Positions 28,214 through 37,365 of a stretch of DNA of 64,000 bases are shown here, in pieces (the stretch's first letter is position 1; each line of letters opens with the position of its first letter). Location of the stretch: assembly GCA_964525535.1 (NCBI GenBank), contig CAZGHT010000015.1, positions 15,140 through 79,139 of the forward strand. The letters are read 5' to 3'. The translations under genes were made by a program, and so were the position numbers. The DNA is from an uncultured Rhodothermaceae bacterium (GTDB lineage: Bacteria; Bacteroidota; Rhodothermia; Rhodothermales; JAHQVL01). Below the pieces are notes generated by a model. That model did no database searches and had not been told where the DNA came from. It saw nothing but the letters and a program-made list of their open reading frames with translations.

Positions 28214-31200
28214 TTACCGGTGGGGCGCAACCTTTACTCGGCTAACGCCAATCTTAATCTGCTGGTCACCGATTTCGAAGGTATCTACGAATTCACCAGA
28301 CGGATTGCGCGTCTTTTGCAACGACGATGCAAGCGTCTCGTTCCTGATCCAGCTCGATTGTTTTTCAATAGCATCCTCCAGGTATTGAGACGCCTCAAAT
28401 TGGATCTCAATCCGATCGGTGACCTCAAACCGGGCCTCCTTTCTCATATTTTGAATGCGGTTCACCGACTCACGGGCCAACCCTTCAACGATCAGTTCGT
28501 CATTCAAGGTGGTATCCAGGGCGACGGTCACACCGGCGTCCTGCCCGACAAGCCAGCCCTGCACGCCTGTACTGACCACCTCGATGTCCTCCTGCTGGAA
28601 GTCGACCCATTCTCCCTCGATCTGCAGCTGCAGACGTCCGTCGGCAAGGTATCGATCGATCTCTTCGGAGGAGAGCCCCTTGATTGCAGCTGCCGCGGCC
28701 TTCATCTTCTTCCCGAGCCGTTTCCCGAGTACCTTGAAATTCGGCTTTGCAGACCGCTTCACGACGTCGCTCGTGCCAGACATATACTGGATATCCTTTA
28801 CATTTATTTCTTCCAGAATGATGGCTCTCACGGATTCTACGTCTTCTTTTTTTACCGACGGCCCGGTGACCACGAGGATGCCCGGCAGGGGTTGGCGCAC
28901 ATTGATATCGCTCTGATTACGCAGGGCCAGCACGATGGAGGACACGGTGCGCGCCAGATGCATCTTGTACTCGAGCTCCTGCTGGACCGCCGACTCGTCG
29001 ACTTCGGGAAAAGTCGACAGGTGCACAGAGAGTTCCTCCCCGGAAGCGGCGTTATCCGTCAGCGCCTTGAAGAGCCAGTCGCCGAAAAAAGGCGCCAGCG
29101 GGCTCATCATCTGCGCGACGACCCGGAGACATTCATACACGGTCTGGTAAGCCGAAATTTTATCGGAGTCATTGTTCTCCGAAGCCGCGTTCTCCGGGCG
29201 GCCGCCGGCGGGGGCGCCGTTAGACTCCTTGGCACTCCAGAACCGACGCCTCGACCTGCGAATGTACCAGTTCGACAGTTCTTCCACGAAGCCTTCCACG
29301 GCACGAGCGGCCCTGGTCGGATGATAGGCAGCGTACGCCTCCTCTACTTCTCGGAGCGTCGTATTGAGCCGGCTGATGACCCACTGATCCAGCTCGGACC
29401 GTTTGAGCACCGGGATGGGCGATGCTGCCGGGTCAAAGCCGTCAATGTTTGCGTAGGTCGCAAAAAAAGAATACACGTTGTGCAGCGTGCCGAAAAATTT
29501 GCGCTTGGTATCCTGAAGGCTGCGTTGGGAAAATTTCAGGTTTTCCCAGGGCGGCGTATTACTCATCAAATACCAGCGCACTGGGTCGGCCCCCTCTTCG
29601 GCAATGATTTCGAACGGATTGATGGCGTTGCCTTTCGACTTCGACATCTTTTCGCCTTTCTCGTCCAACAACAGGCCATTGACGAGGACGTTTTTATAGG
29701 TTACTTCGTCGCGTACGAGCGCGCCAATAGCGTGCAGGGTATAGAACCATCCCCGGGTCTGATCCACTCCTTCGGCAATGAAGTCGGCCGGAAAATGCTC
29801 CTCGAAGCGGTCTTTATTTTCGAAGGGGTAATGCCACTGGGCGAAAGGCATCGATCCGGAATCGAACCAGACATCAATCAGGTCAGGTACGCGGCGCATC
29901 GTCCCCCCGTCAGGGGCGGGCCACGTAAATTGATCCACGAAAGGCCGGTGTAAATCGAGGTCTTCGTCGGGCGGTATCTGGTCGCCGCATTTTTCCCTCA
30001 ATGCTTCGACGGAGCCGATGACCTCGATGTAGGAGGAATCGGGAGCGTCCGATTGCCAGATAGGAAGCGGAGTCCCCCAGTATCGCCTCCGGCTCAGGGC
30101 CCAGTCCACATTGTTTTCCAGCCAGGCCCCGAAACGTCCTTCGCCGATAGAAGCCGGCTGCCAGTTGATCTGGTTATTGAGTTCGATGAGACGGTCCTTG
30201 ATGGCTGTCGTCCGAATAAACCAGCTTTCTACGGGATAACTGATCAGCGGCGTCCCTTTTCGCCAGTCGTGGGGATAATTGTGGAGATAGGTTTCGTGTT
30301 TAAACAGAAGCCCCCGGTCGCGCAGATCGCGTGCGATCTTCTTATCGGCATCTTTGAACCACTGGCCGGCTACCAGTTCGACTTCGTCGACGAAAGTACC
30401 TTCCGGGGTGACGGGGTTGAAAAACGGGAGATGTTCCTTTTGGCCGACCTCATAGTCCTCGGCCCCGAAAGCCGGCGCCATATGGACGACACCGGTACCG
30501 TCTTCGGTAGACACAAACTCTGCCGGGACGACGCGCCACGCTCCGCCGGCCATGCCCTCTTCCAGGAAATAGGGATACAATGGCTCGTATTGGAGACCTA
30601 GCAGCGATTCACCCGCAAACTCGCTGATGACTTCATAGGTATCGGGCAGCACACTCAGGCGCTGCCTGGCCAAAATCAGGGTTTCCCCGGGCGCCCCCCC
30701 CTCTGTCTGTCGCACCTTTACGTAGGTGATGTTCGGCCCAACAGCCAGCGCTGTGTTGGAGATCAGCGTCCAGGGGGTCGTGGTCCAGGCCAGGAAATAC
30801 GTATCCTCCTCCTCTCTCAGCTTAAATCGCACGTACACGCTGGGGTCCTGGACTTCTCTGTATCCCAGGCTTACCTCATGAGACGACAGCACCGTGTTGG
30901 ATCCGGGGCTGTACCACTGGATTTTGTATCCTTTGTAAAGCAGCCCTCGATCGTAGATCTGCTTGATCAACCACCATACAGATTCTATATACTCGTTCTT
31001 GAACGTTATGTACGGGTTCTCCAGATCGACCCAGTAGCCCATTCGCTGGGTCAGCTCGTCCCACTGCTCCTTGTACCGCAACACACTCTCCTTACAGGCG
31101 GCGTTATACTTTTCGATCCCGTAGGACTCCACCTGATGGCGCCCCTCGAGCCCCAACGCTTTTTCGACTTCGATCTCCACCGGCAATCCATGCGTATCCC

Positions 31201-31450
31201 ACCCCCCTTTACGTTCCACCCGAAATCCCTTCATCGTTTTATAACGGCAGAAGGTGTCTTTCAAGGTCCTGGCCAATACGTGGTGGATGCCCGGCCGGCC
31301 GTTCGCCGTCGGCGGCCCCTCGAAGAACGTGAACGAAGGGGCTCCTTCTCGCGATGAGATGCTCTTGTCAAAAATAGCCTGCTCTTTCCACCGGGCAAGA
31401 ACCCGCTCCTCGAGCCGGGGAATATCGAAGTTTTTTTCCTCTTTAAACAT
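28214..31450 (-). CDS. ileS: Isoleucine--tRNA ligase (long type-2 form, 1078 aa)
   Basis: PPTANGRPGIHHV (HIGH), KMSKSKGN (KMSKS), WTTTPWTL editing-domain motif. Confidence 0.97.
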   Translation of the reverse strand: MFKEEKNFDIPRLEERVLARWKEQAIFDKSISSREGAPSFTFFEGPPTANGRPGIHHVLARTLKDTFCRYKTMKGFRVERKGGWDTHGLPVEIEVEKALGLEGRHQVESYGIEKYNAACKESVLRYKEQWDELTQRMGYWVDLENPYITFKNEYIESVWWLIKQIYDRGLLYKGYKIQWYSPGSNTVLSSHEVSLGYREVQDPSVYVRFKLREEEDTYFLAWTTTPWTLISNTALAVGPNITYVKVRQTEGGAPGETLILARQRLSVLPDTYEVISEFAGESLLGLQYEPLYPYFLEEGMAGGAWRVVPAEFVSTEDGTGVVHMAPAFGAEDYEVGQKEHLPFFNPVTPEGTFVDEVELVAGQWFKDADKKIARDLRDRGLLFKHETYLHNYPHDWRKGTPLISYPVESWFIRTTAIKDRLIELNNQINWQPASIGEGRFGAWLENNVDWALSRRRYWGTPLPIWQSDAPDSSYIEVIGSVEALREKCGDQIPPDEDLDLHRPFVDQFTWPAPDGGTMRRVPDLIDVWFDSGSMPFAQWHYPFENKDRFEEHFPADFIAEGVDQTRGWFYTLHAIGALVRDEVTYKNVLVNGLLLDEKGEKMSKSKGNAINPFEIIAEEGADPVRWYLMSNTPPWENLKFSQRSLQDTKRKFFGTLHNVYSFFATYANIDGFDPAASPIPVLKRSELDQWVISRLNTTLREVEEAYAAYHPTRAARAVEGFVEELSNWYIRRSRRRFWSAKESNGAPAGGRPENAASENNDSDKISAYQTVYECLRVVAQMMSPLAPFFGDWLFKALTDNAASGEELSVHLSTFPEVDESAVQQELEYKMHLARTVSSIVLALRNQSDINVRQPLPGILVVTGPSVKKEDVESVRAIILEEINVKDIQYMSGTSDVVKRSAKPNFKVLGKRLGKKMKAAAAAIKGLSSEEIDRYLADGRLQLQIEGEWVDFQQEDIEVVSTGVQGWLVGQDAGVTVALDTTLNDELIVEGLARESVNRIQNMRKEARFEVTDRIEIQFEASQYLEDAIEKQSSWIRNETLASSLQKTRNPSGEFVDTFEIGDQQIKIGVSRVKVAPHR

Positions 31451-31466
31451 GCTGATGCTTACTCAT

Positions 31467-31568
31467 GGATGTTACGCGAACTGTGCACAGCAGCCTGGTT
31501 TACGCGGCTTTGCAACCGTGCAAAGCCGCTCTGGCAGCACGTATGCGCATCCGGCGCGTAACATCTGT
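31467..31568 (+). repeat. Copy of the interspersed palindromic repeat family (short form, best-preserved copy)
   Basis: GGATGTTACGCGAACTGTGCACAGCAGCCTGGTTTACGCGGCTTTGCAaccgTGCAAAGCCGCTCTGGCAGCACGTATGCGCATCCGGCGCGTAACATCTGTT. It starts 16 nt upstream of the ileS ATG. Confidence 0.9.
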
Positions 31569-31579
31569 TACTCACTGGT

Positions 31580-31705
31580 GGTACGCATCTGTGCGTTATC
31601 GTTTTGCCCGGACGGCTTTGAATGCGCTCAGATAGCTGAAAAACGGCTGCAAGGCTGTCATTCAAAGCCGGGAAAACGGGGTGCTGTGCACAACCTGCGT
31701 GACAC
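31580..31705 (-). repeat. Copy of the interspersed palindromic repeat family (long variant), tail-to-tail with 31467-31568
   Basis: GGTACGCATCTGTGCGTTATCGTTTTGCCCGGACGGCTTTGAA...TTCAAAGCCGGGAAAACGGGGTGCTGTGCACAACCTGCGTGAC. It aligns with 17041-17170. Confidence 0.8.
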
Positions 31706-31971
31706 GACTTACTCAATAACGACGCGGATGACCTCCCGAAATCAGGCCCTCATACGACATCGTCTCCAGGAATGTTCGTCCCCTGGCCCAAAAAGCTGGC
31801 CCCCGATTTCAAGGGTCTTGTGCTCCCCCGGAAGCATGATCTTTCTGTAATTATTTATAGTGGTACGACTTCCTATCGACGTTTCTTCATTGCCCCTCTC
31901 CTGATTGCCCCACTACTCGCCCCTGACCTGCCTCTATCCTCATCGTTTCAGCGAGCAATCCAGCCAGCGTT

Positions 31972-34221
31972 ATGTTCAAACCGGTTCTACGGACCTATTT
32001 CCTCATTCTTTGCCCTCTGGTTATCGCCGCTTTTCCGAAGGCTGCCTGCGCACAAGAAGCCTTTTCTTCGAACCAGGCCGATGCCTTCTGGTCAACCCTT
32101 GAGGCGACCGGAGACGTCAACGAAAGACACGAAAACGGCTTCATCGCGTATGGAGACAAGTTGTATTTGATCGGAGGCCGCTCGTTAAAACCCGTCCAGA
32201 TTTTTGATCTCGCAACCCAGACCTGGTCCGATGGCGCCTATCCCCCCTTTCAGATGCATCACTTCCAGGCCCTCGTGTACAATGACCTGATCTACGTAAT
32301 CGGTGCGTACACAGGCACGTGCTGCGATAGCGAAACGGGCATCGAACACGTGTGGACCTATAATCCTCAGACCGACGACTGGTCGCAGGGACATGAAATT
32401 CCCGTCGACCGGCGGAGGGGATCCACCGGGGCTGTCGTTTACAATAACAAGATCTACATCGTCGGCGGGCTCGAAGGGGGGCATGGCGCTCCCGCTACCT
32501 CCTTCAACTGGTTCGACGAATACGACCCGGCAACGGGCCAGTGGAAAGTACTACCCAATGCGCCACGAACCCGAGATCACTTCCATGCCGTCGTATACAG
32601 GGACAAATTGTACCTCATCGGGGGCCGAGACACCAGCGACCCGAGCTTCGTCAACCTGACGCGCACCGAGATCGACGTGTACGATTTCGCAACCAGTACC
32701 TGGACTACGATGTCCCCCTCCCTGCCGACTCCACGAGGAGGCGCAGCCACACTGCTGTACGGCAGCGAAATTCTCGTCATCGGGGGGGAATCGGCGAGCC
32801 AAACCCTGGCCCATAATGAAACGGAGGCCTTCAACCCGGATGACGAGACGTGGCGAACGTTAGCCCCGCTCAACGTTGGCCGACATGGTACGCAGGCCAC
32901 CCTCCTGGACAATACCATCTACATCGGCGCCGGGGCCGCTCAACGCGGCGGAAGCCCCGAGCTCGATTCGATTGAAAAATTCGAAGATACCGACATCCAG
33001 CTGCTGACTCATTCACAGAGTTTCTTTCCAGGCTGGAATATGGCCGGCCTGCCCCTGGCCCCTCTCGACAACTTCTACTCGTCGGTGTATGACGATGTAG
33101 ACTTCTCTAGCGGAAGGCTCCCCGTTAACTGGGATGGGGCGGCTTACCAGCAGGCGACCCAGCTCAATACCGGGAAAGCATACTGGTTCAAGCTGGACGA
33201 TGACCTCCCCGGATCAGAAACCCAGGTGGTAGAAGGCACCTTCGTCAACAGCATTCAGGTGCCTCTTCTCCAGGGATGGAACATGATTACCGGGCCTTCG
33301 TGCGACAATGTCCCGCTCACGTCAAGCAGCACAAATCCCAACGGAGCCATCGAGGAGCGGATGACCTTCTATTTCGACCAGGGCGGTTATCGAGAAGCCT
33401 TCTCACCGTCGAATACGCGTGGACTCCTTCAACGAGGCGTAGGATACTGGGTTTTTGCGAACTTCAATGCCACCCTTTCGCTCTCCTGCACGACCTCCGC
33501 CTCCAAACTACCGGCACTCGCAACGGCTGCGAGATCAAACGTGGAGGCAACGTTCGGTTCGATTACAGTCAACGACAGCAATGCCGGCCGGCGATCCCTT
33601 TACTTCGGCCACCGGCTCCACGATGCACGCAGCCTCGATCAGTATCTGCTGCCGCCTCGCGCTCCAGAAGGCGCCTTTGACGTGCGTTTTACAGACAACC
33701 GCAGGCTCTCAGAAAGCGATGAAACCTTTGTGCGTATACAGGCCTCCGCTTATCCTCTGCACATACACTTCGACAGGTCTCCATCCGGCCGAGAAGGGAT
33801 CATCGAACTGGAAGAACTCGACCGTTCCTTTACCCTGCAGAGGCGGCATTCACTGCCCCTGCATGGGCAGCTGGCTCTTCGTGATCCGTCCACGAGATAC
33901 TTGCGGCTTTCCTTTTCCGCAACCGACAACGGCAAACTACCGGATCGTTTCGTATTACATGGGAACTACCCCAATCCTTTCAATCCTTCGACAAACATCC
34001 TGTTCGACCTGCCCCTGGCGGGAGAAGTGAGCCTGCGCGTATTTGACATGCTCGGTAAAGAACGGGTGCGAGAAACCTACAGCAACGTACAGGCCGGTAT
34101 AAACCGCTCGATCCAATTCGATGCTGAATCACTTCCGGCAGGAACGTACGTCTACCGGTTGACAAGCCGTTCGGGGTCGCAGAGCACGACACAAACCGGA
34201 ACGCTAGTGCTGCTCAAGTGA
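31972..34221 (+). CDS. Secreted Kelch-repeat beta-propeller protein with an uncharacterised ~290-aa module and a T9SS C-terminal sorting domain
   Basis: Signal peptide FLILCPLVIAAFPKAACAQ. Repeated Kelch-like blades: KLYLIGG, LIYVIGA, KIYIVGG, KLYLIGG, EILVIGG, TIYIGAG. Tail: LHGNYPNPFNPSTNILFDLPLAGEVSLRVFDMLGKE. Confidence 0.88.
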   Translation: MFKPVLRTYFLILCPLVIAAFPKAACAQEAFSSNQADAFWSTLEATGDVNERHENGFIAYGDKLYLIGGRSLKPVQIFDLATQTWSDGAYPPFQMHHFQALVYNDLIYVIGAYTGTCCDSETGIEHVWTYNPQTDDWSQGHEIPVDRRRGSTGAVVYNNKIYIVGGLEGGHGAPATSFNWFDEYDPATGQWKVLPNAPRTRDHFHAVVYRDKLYLIGGRDTSDPSFVNLTRTEIDVYDFATSTWTTMSPSLPTPRGGAATLLYGSEILVIGGESASQTLAHNETEAFNPDDETWRTLAPLNVGRHGTQATLLDNTIYIGAGAAQRGGSPELDSIEKFEDTDIQLLTHSQSFFPGWNMAGLPLAPLDNFYSSVYDDVDFSSGRLPVNWDGAAYQQATQLNTGKAYWFKLDDDLPGSETQVVEGTFVNSIQVPLLQGWNMITGPSCDNVPLTSSSTNPNGAIEERMTFYFDQGGYREAFSPSNTRGLLQRGVGYWVFANFNATLSLSCTTSASKLPALATAARSNVEATFGSITVNDSNAGRRSLYFGHRLHDARSLDQYLLPPRAPEGAFDVRFTDNRRLSESDETFVRIQASAYPLHIHFDRSPSGREGIIELEELDRSFTLQRRHSLPLHGQLALRDPSTRYLRLSFSATDNGKLPDRFVLHGNYPNPFNPSTNILFDLPLAGEVSLRVFDMLGKERVRETYSNVQAGINRSIQFDAESLPAGTYVYRLTSRSGSQSTTQTGTLVLLK

Positions 34222-34245
34222 TGGCAGGTAAGATCCCTTACCGGC

Positions 34246-34941
34246 TCAATCGATTCCGAGATCGAATCGATCCCGAAGATCCTGAATGTAAATACCCAGC
34301 GCGTTGCGCAGCTCGTACATCCTTTCATAGAAGAGCCGATATGTATCAGGATGCATATAAGATTGATTCTTCAGTTCACCCAGCAGAGTCAGTGCATTGT
34401 TGGCTGCCTTGATGGCCCGTTTCAGACACGCGATGTTACCTCCTAGCATGTCTCGTTCAAGGCCAATCCCGTGGCCTTTGGCAATGTTTGCAGTGGTCTG
34501 CATTACGCATGCGCAAAACTGTACCAGGGTGCTATCTTTGAGTTCACCCGGCAGTTCGTCGGACCAGGATAATACCTGTCGGGTGATGTAGAGGGATTCC
34601 TGATATACGGGCAGCGCCGACAACTCTTCGAAAGGATTTTCAGTAATTGATTCGATAATCTCGTCAGCGTAATCCTTGTATGCCGCGCTTTCGTCCGACA
34701 GCTCGTATTCATCAGATCTGGAAAGAGCCGATTCTATGTCATCCAGTTGCCAGCCATACTGGATAAGGTATGCTTTGAAGGTAGCCCTCCATTTCATCTG
34801 GACATCTCGGTCGTCCGATTTGGGCGGGGGGTGTTCGTCGAGAAAACGGTTGAGGATTTGCATGTAGCGGGACACTCGTTCATCGTCTTTTCGCAGAAAA
34901 GACTCCCATCGCTCTTCATCCCAGAGATCATCGTCAAGCAT
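34246..34941 (-). CDS. Hypothetical protein (231 aa from the ATG at 34941)
   Basis: ORF 34246-35001 begins at a TTG. The first ATG gives MLDDDLWDEERWESFLRKDDE... Acidic N-terminal half, helical-looking C-terminal half, no motif recognised. Confidence 0.55.
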   Translation of the reverse strand: MLDDDLWDEERWESFLRKDDERVSRYMQILNRFLDEHPPPKSDDRDVQMKWRATFKAYLIQYGWQLDDIESALSRSDEYELSDESAAYKDYADEIIESITENPFEELSALPVYQESLYITRQVLSWSDELPGELKDSTLVQFCACVMQTTANIAKGHGIGLERDMLGGNIACLKRAIKAANNALTLLGELKNQSYMHPDTYRLFYERMYELRNALGIYIQDLRDRFDLGID

Positions 34942-35098
34942 GATAGTCTGTCGTATTAAGCTAATAGATCGATTCTTCGGGCCCCGAGGCCTCTTCAACA
35001 ACTCGTTCCGGTTCGACGCATCCGCTAGCTTCTGGAGTTGCTCGGCCGATTACAGGGTCTTACAAAACGGGATCGTAAACATTCGCCGGATCGTTTTG

Positions 35099-35131
35099 CA
35101 CTGTAGCCGCACTGTAGCCGCACTGTAGCCG
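35099..35131. repeat. Perfect 3 x 11-bp tandem repeat (CACTGTAGCCG)
   Basis: Read directly. It abuts the stop codon (35134-35136) of the PNP-like gene. Confidence 0.9.
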
Positions 35132-35133
35132 AG

Positions 35134-35964
35134 CTAGATAAGGCGAGCCGTCATGGCCTTCAAGAACGTTCTAACGTCGTTACGTTCCCTCCAGGAGGAT
35201 TGGACTTCGGCGGCGATACAGGATATACAGGATAAAGCGAGCACCCGAATACCCATATGCCTGGCCACGAGTACCTCAGGAATAATATACGCAGTAAAGA
35301 GGTCAGCTCCGAGATCGCGCAATCCCTTTGTCCGGTTTTCTCCTCGAACGTAACGTCCAGGGATGCCAGCGAGAATCCCATGCGAAACGTTCAAGCCTGC
35401 CTTCTGGGCTTCCTCTTCTGCTAGGCGTCGTAGAAGAGGATCGTAGGGTTCACTCATGTCAGGAAATCGGGGGCCCCAGGCATCCACGTTGGGGCCGACC
35501 AGGGGATTATCCCCCAGAAAGTTGATGTGGTCGTCGATGATAACCCATTCTATCCCCTCAAACGATGGGTTGAGCGATCGGGCTCTGAATATCGCCAGGA
35601 AAGTCTTCACGCCCAGTTCTCCCATTACCCTGACGAGCCAGGATTGAATCAAAAGCGGTTTATCGCAGTCTTCGTTAACCGGGCTCAACGCGCAACACAC
35701 AGGAGTCTGGTCCACATACCCCAGCAAGAGTTCCTTTTCGGACCCGGATTGCCCTAAATCCCCGTCGCCAAACAACGAGCGGTAGTCCATGCGTTGCCGG
35801 ACATCGATCAGGTGAGGTATGAGCGATTCGAAACTTTTGTCGAGATAGATCCCTGCCGCTACAGGGTCCGGGAACAGCGATCGTACTCGTTCTACAGAAG
35901 CGAGGACCTCTTCCTTACCGATATACTGACGGGCTGGTTCAGCAGACACTACTCGTTCAGCCAT
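35134..35964 (-). CDS. Purine-nucleoside-phosphorylase-family protein (PunA/trimeric PNP fold), apparently catalytically degenerate
   Basis: Scaffold matches to trimeric PNP: IDDHINFLGDNPLVGPN..GPRFPDMSEPYD and LGADLFTAYIIPEVLVARHMGIRVLALS. Canonical active-site positions are replaced (see findings). Confidence 0.7.
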   Translation of the reverse strand: MAERVVSAEPARQYIGKEEVLASVERVRSLFPDPVAAGIYLDKSFESLIPHLIDVRQRMDYRSLFGDGDLGQSGSEKELLLGYVDQTPVCCALSPVNEDCDKPLLIQSWLVRVMGELGVKTFLAIFRARSLNPSFEGIEWVIIDDHINFLGDNPLVGPNVDAWGPRFPDMSEPYDPLLRRLAEEEAQKAGLNVSHGILAGIPGRYVRGENRTKGLRDLGADLFTAYIIPEVLVARHMGIRVLALSCISCIAAEVQSSWRERNDVRTFLKAMTARLI

Positions 35965-36029
35965 GAAATGATGGTTGTCCTGATCGATTCAGAATCGATA
36001 GATAATCGATACGGACGCCGCCGGCCGGA

Positions 36030-37265
36030 TCAATCCAGATCGTTGAGAATACGGCGTATTTTTTCTATTTCTTCAGGAGTGGCAGACAACTCGTCGTCAT
36101 TGTCCGTATCAAAAATCTGGGAGGTGAAGCTTCTATTCGAGGCCCTGCTCGATGGCGCTGACTTGAAGCCGGACGAAGACCCTTGATTGATAACCGGCTT
36201 GACAATCCAGCCTTCGCCGGAGTTCGTGGTTTTAAACGTATCCCCGCTCCGTTTTTCTTTCTTCGGCTCTTGGTCTTTCGACTTGTCCTTACCCTCAGGG
36301 GTTACCTTTTTCTGGGCAAACCGGTCGTTCAGGGAAAAACTCTCCGAAGACTCCTTATCTTTTTCTCTGGAGAATCCATTCTTCTTGTTGGGTATGGACT
36401 TGAGAAATTCGCGCCCCTTGTTACTGGCCCCCGTCGTGTTGACCGATGAGGTATTAACTGTTGACTTGACGAAATCGACTTCATTATCCACGAAGTCTGT
36501 TTCGCCCTGTTCTCGCTCTGCAGAGGCAAAGTCATCCAGGGTATACGAAGACCTGGAGCCCTTGTTTTGCTGAGGCTCTGCAGGAGCCGCTCGGGGTTCT
36601 GGTTTTTCCCGCTCTCGGGTATATTCTTCGAAGGACACTTCTTCTTCATTCAGCGGCAGATCGACAGGAAAAGCATTAACGTCAATCTGACCCCGGTTTT
36701 TGTGCGTCGAGATCACCGTATCTTCATCGTCTACCCCATCGGAATCCTCGTAATAAGACCGAGATTCGAGTTGGCGGCCCTCGTTTGAGAGGCGGACGTA
36801 GCCGGAGCCCACGTGGTCCTGGCCTTCGAACCGCGCGAGTAATTCCATCTCGGACATGAGAAAGGCCCGCAGCCTGGCGACCACCTCGTCGCGGCGACCG
36901 CTGATTTTAGAGATGTCGTGTTTTAACCGTTTGAGATCCTGAGTGCCTTTCTTTCTGATTTCTTCAGCTTCGTTGCGCGCCTCGCGAAGTATGATCTGTG
37001 CTTCTCGCTGAGCGTTTTCGATGGTTTTGTGGGAGTTGTCACGGGCTGTTTCCAGAGCTTCCTGAAGCGCCTCTTCAATTTTCCGGTAATGCTCCAGCTT
37101 TCCATCCAGATCGCGCACTTTCTGTTCAAGCCGTCCGTTCTCGTCCAGCAAACTGCTCCACTGATCGGAAAGCATCTGTAAAAATGAATGGACCTCTTGA
37201 GGATCAACGCCCCGAAAAGTACGCGTAAACTCTTGTTTTTTTATGTCAAGGGGAGTCAGTTTCAT
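36030..37265 (-). CDS. DivIVA-domain protein with a long disordered C-terminal region
   Basis: MKLTPLDIKKQEFTRTFRGVDPQEVHSFLQMLSDQW... is the canonical DivIVA N-terminal domain, followed by a coiled coil and then an S/K/E-rich tail. Confidence 0.88.
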   Translation of the reverse strand: MKLTPLDIKKQEFTRTFRGVDPQEVHSFLQMLSDQWSSLLDENGRLEQKVRDLDGKLEHYRKIEEALQEALETARDNSHKTIENAQREAQIILREARNEAEEIRKKGTQDLKRLKHDISKISGRRDEVVARLRAFLMSEMELLARFEGQDHVGSGYVRLSNEGRQLESRSYYEDSDGVDDEDTVISTHKNRGQIDVNAFPVDLPLNEEEVSFEEYTREREKPEPRAAPAEPQQNKGSRSSYTLDDFASAEREQGETDFVDNEVDFVKSTVNTSSVNTTGASNKGREFLKSIPNKKNGFSREKDKESSESFSLNDRFAQKKVTPEGKDKSKDQEPKKEKRSGDTFKTTNSGEGWIVKPVINQGSSSGFKSAPSSRASNRSFTSQIFDTDNDDELSATPEEIEKIRRILNDLD

Positions 37266-37365
37266 GATCCTTGCACCATTATTGGTTGCTCCGTCAGGTC
37301 GTACATGTTAGATGTACCGTATCTTAAGGTACAAAATTTCTAATTTCCGATGAAAAAACGCAGAA

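Noticed and set aside
25799-29953. Long plus-strand ORFs 25799-26947 (382 aa) and 28172-29953 (593 aa).
   Set aside because: They are antisense to lepA and ileS, whose identities are unambiguous.
31467-31568. The repeat family as possible integron attC sites, since GTTACGC / GCGTAAC resemble the GTTRRRY / RYYYAAC core sites.
   Set aside because: The core-site order is inverted relative to attC. No intI gene is present. The flanking genes are housekeeping genes in mixed orientations, not promoterless cassettes.
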